A stretch of 64,000 nucleotides of DNA from Mobula hypostoma. Its lineage: Eukaryota. The stretch is from contig NC_086097.1 of the NCBI RefSeq assembly GCF_963921235.1, forward strand, positions 156,800,001 to 156,864,000. Direction: 5' to 3'. Below are positions 61,920 to 64,000 of this stretch, piece by piece (the first letter of the stretch is position 1; every line of letters begins with the position of its first letter). The position numbers and the translations under genes were made by a program. The notes under the pieces were generated by a model. That model searched no databases. It was not told the origin of the DNA and worked only from the letters and a program-made list of their open reading frames with translations.

Positions 61920-64000
61920 ATATCTTGCCAGGAAATATAGAGCAGGCTTAGCCCAAAAGCAGAGCAGCAGAAATGATTCAGTGAGGAGGCCACTCCTTTC
62001 CTGGATGGCAGGAGATGGGGAATAAGTGGGCCCATTGGAGTACTTGGGCACACAGCTGTCGGTCTATTTGTGTGGTCTATGATGCGACAGGGAGCTGGGT
62101 TCCTTTTTTACTGAAGCTGATGGCTAAGTCATGGTCTTCCTGTGGGAGTTTGGTTAGATCAAGAATTTTCTATATTTCCATGGATTCACGGTGAAGTCAG
62201 TTGAAGTTGCGGGCAAGTGGATTCCCAACTCAGCAGTGAACCAGATGACCAGGCGAAGCAAGGGTTGTGAGTGGTTAGTTAGGGATAATCCAAGATGAGG
62301 AGTTGTTTGGTGAGTCAATCAGGAGGAATTGGATGGATGCAGTGCTCTCTGATGATCATCTGTGTAACACGCTGTCATGTTTCACTGCTAATGTAATGGC
62401 CTCTCTGTCATGTTTCACTGCTAATGTAATGGTTTCTCTGTCGCAGCAATGTTTGGGTTATGACTAGAGATAACGGGACTTTGAAATGTATGTTATCCAA
62501 TGAGAGGAATGTTGTTCTTTCTTGTGGGTCTGGAAGAGAGATTTTTGTGGTCTTTTGTTGGTGAGAGAAGAAGGAAGATGCATGGGGAGAGAGCTGGTAT
62601 ACCGCCGGACGGAGTGGACTGAGAGCAAGGGTCCGAAGGTCAGCGACGTTCAAAGAAGGTCGATGGTGGACGGATGGCCGTATCAGTGAGCTCCAACATG
62701 CACTTTTGACTTTTTCCTTAAAACAGGCCCTATTCATCTAATTTTCTTTACTAACCCTATATTCAGATTAAGATTTATAAAGTCAATCATTTAATTGCAT
62801 ATGGTGTACTGTCTGATATTTTGAGGTGCGGATTTGTAATAGGGCAACACATCACGCAGCATCCACACAAACAAGATTTCTCAGTTTGGCGGGGCCAGAA
62901 GTTGTCTTCCCTTAGATGAACACGTGCTGGCCGAGCCTGAGGGTTATATCTGCATAGGCCATGTGCGTGCTTTGACCATCGCAGACACCACGGGATGTCT
63001 GTCAATGGCTGTGATGCAGACAGGGTGAGAGATTGGCTCGGTAGTCCAGCTTGTTGGTCCAGAAAATTGCCGGCAACATCTGAATCCACCAGAGCTTTCT
63101 GTGCGCTTAGAGACATTGAGGTGTGGAGGAGGACAGAGAGCATGAGTTGGGCTATGGCGCTGGAATGAGGGGTTCGGTGAGCCTACTAGAGAGAAGGCCT
63201 TTATCTCTATGTGGTGGTGCCATTTCCCGGACTCAGTGAGTGGATTAAGCATGGGTGACTGGCTGTGCTGCAGTACGTGCAGAAGTTGTTCCTCCCTGAG
63301 TTATGGAGGTATTGCTGATTAGGGTCCTGCAGCTTGAAGTGGCTCTGGGAAAGGAACTATGGCTCTGGCTGGCAATCTGAATGGTCATTCCATAACATGT
63401 TTGTCGTTACAAAGGGCCAGAGTGATGAGACTTTTGAGGTCGGTGGACATCTGCCGGGTAGACAACTTGTCTATCAAGCACTTCAACAGGCTGTGATGGT
63501 AAAGGGCCAGCAGCACTTGACATTCCATCTGCACTCCTTCGCAAGTCCCTGAATTCCATGCTGTAATCTAGCACCAAATGTGAGTCTTGATGCAGGTAGA
63601 ATATCTGATCCACTGCTTCCCTTCCACCTCCTGGATAGTCGAAAACCCGGTGTACCTCAGCAGTGAATTCCTCATACATACGCAATGATGAAGGTAATCT
63701 TGGCTCAATCCATAGAATACAGAGATAGTAAGAGCTCAACATGGAAGATGCACTGGGACAGGAAGTTGCAGCTCTGGACTGGGGATCTATTGAAGATTTC
63801 AGGAACTGGAACCCGGGGCTCTGAGGGAGGAGGGTGACTATCACAGGGCTGCTGAAACGAGATGGAGAGTTGATTGAGAGTGACAAGCAGATGGTAAATG
63901 GTTTCCTGCCACTTCTGGATTGGGTATTCATGTCAGCGGATGACTTTCTTTAAGCTAGCAAATCCTGCTAGGTCATTCGCTGGTTGACCTATCCTGTCAG
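61920..64000 (-). pseudogene. Decayed sushi/PEG10-type (chromovirus-like) Gypsy gag-protease region; may continue beyond the window
   Basis: EEFTAEVHRVFDYPGGGREAVDQIFYLHQ...VLDYSMEFR (gag); CTYCSTASH knuckle relic; ALVDSDVAGNFLD (protease); FLLIDSP...HNP.F.W.SG.LLSW and EDHDL...FSK downstream. Confidence 0.8.
62363..62948. mobile_element. Solo LTR (586 bp) nested in the decayed Gypsy element
   Basis: TGTAACAC...GGGTTATA termini; TSD TCTG (62359-62362 / 62949-62952); 33-bp tandem duplication at 62372-62437. Confidence 0.75.

Noticed and set aside
1..64000. CRISPR array, operon or other prokaryotic system
   Set aside because: No regularly spaced repeat-spacer array or gene-dense organisation; the sequence is vertebrate repeat-rich DNA.

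Overview
Eukaryotic, repeat-dominated, apparently intergenic or deep-intronic DNA. The repeat repertoire (CR1, Rex1/Babar, RTE, Penelope-like elements, V/CORE-type tRNA SINEs, Gypsy) points to a cartilaginous fish, probably a ray; this is an inference. I found no convincing host exon, rRNA or tRNA gene. Highlights: (1) A very young 4.8-kb minus-strand Gmr1-type Gypsy element (55417-60221; two apparently identical 857-bp LTRs; TGTG target-site duplication, TSD). Its single 939-codon ORF keeps Gag, the zinc knuckle and protease, but the integrase, RT and RNase H catalytic cores are deleted while the frame stays open. (2) Many Penelope-derived termini carrying a minimal type I hammerhead-ribozyme motif (consensus CAGTC-CTGATGA-AGGGTCTCGGCCC-GAAAC-GTC/GACTG). 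These include a 66-bp TSD-flanked insertion that starts at the predicted self-cleavage site, and fold-back mini-insertions that break at the ribozyme. (3) A young, CpG-rich RTE LINE nested in a near full-length CR1. (4) An internally deleted Rex1/Babar element nested in a Tc1/pogo-type DNA element. (5) A decayed sushi/PEG10-type Gypsy element with a GGGAAAT slippery site, interrupted by a solo LTR. Boundaries of old repeats are approximate, and family names come from motif recognition, not database searches.
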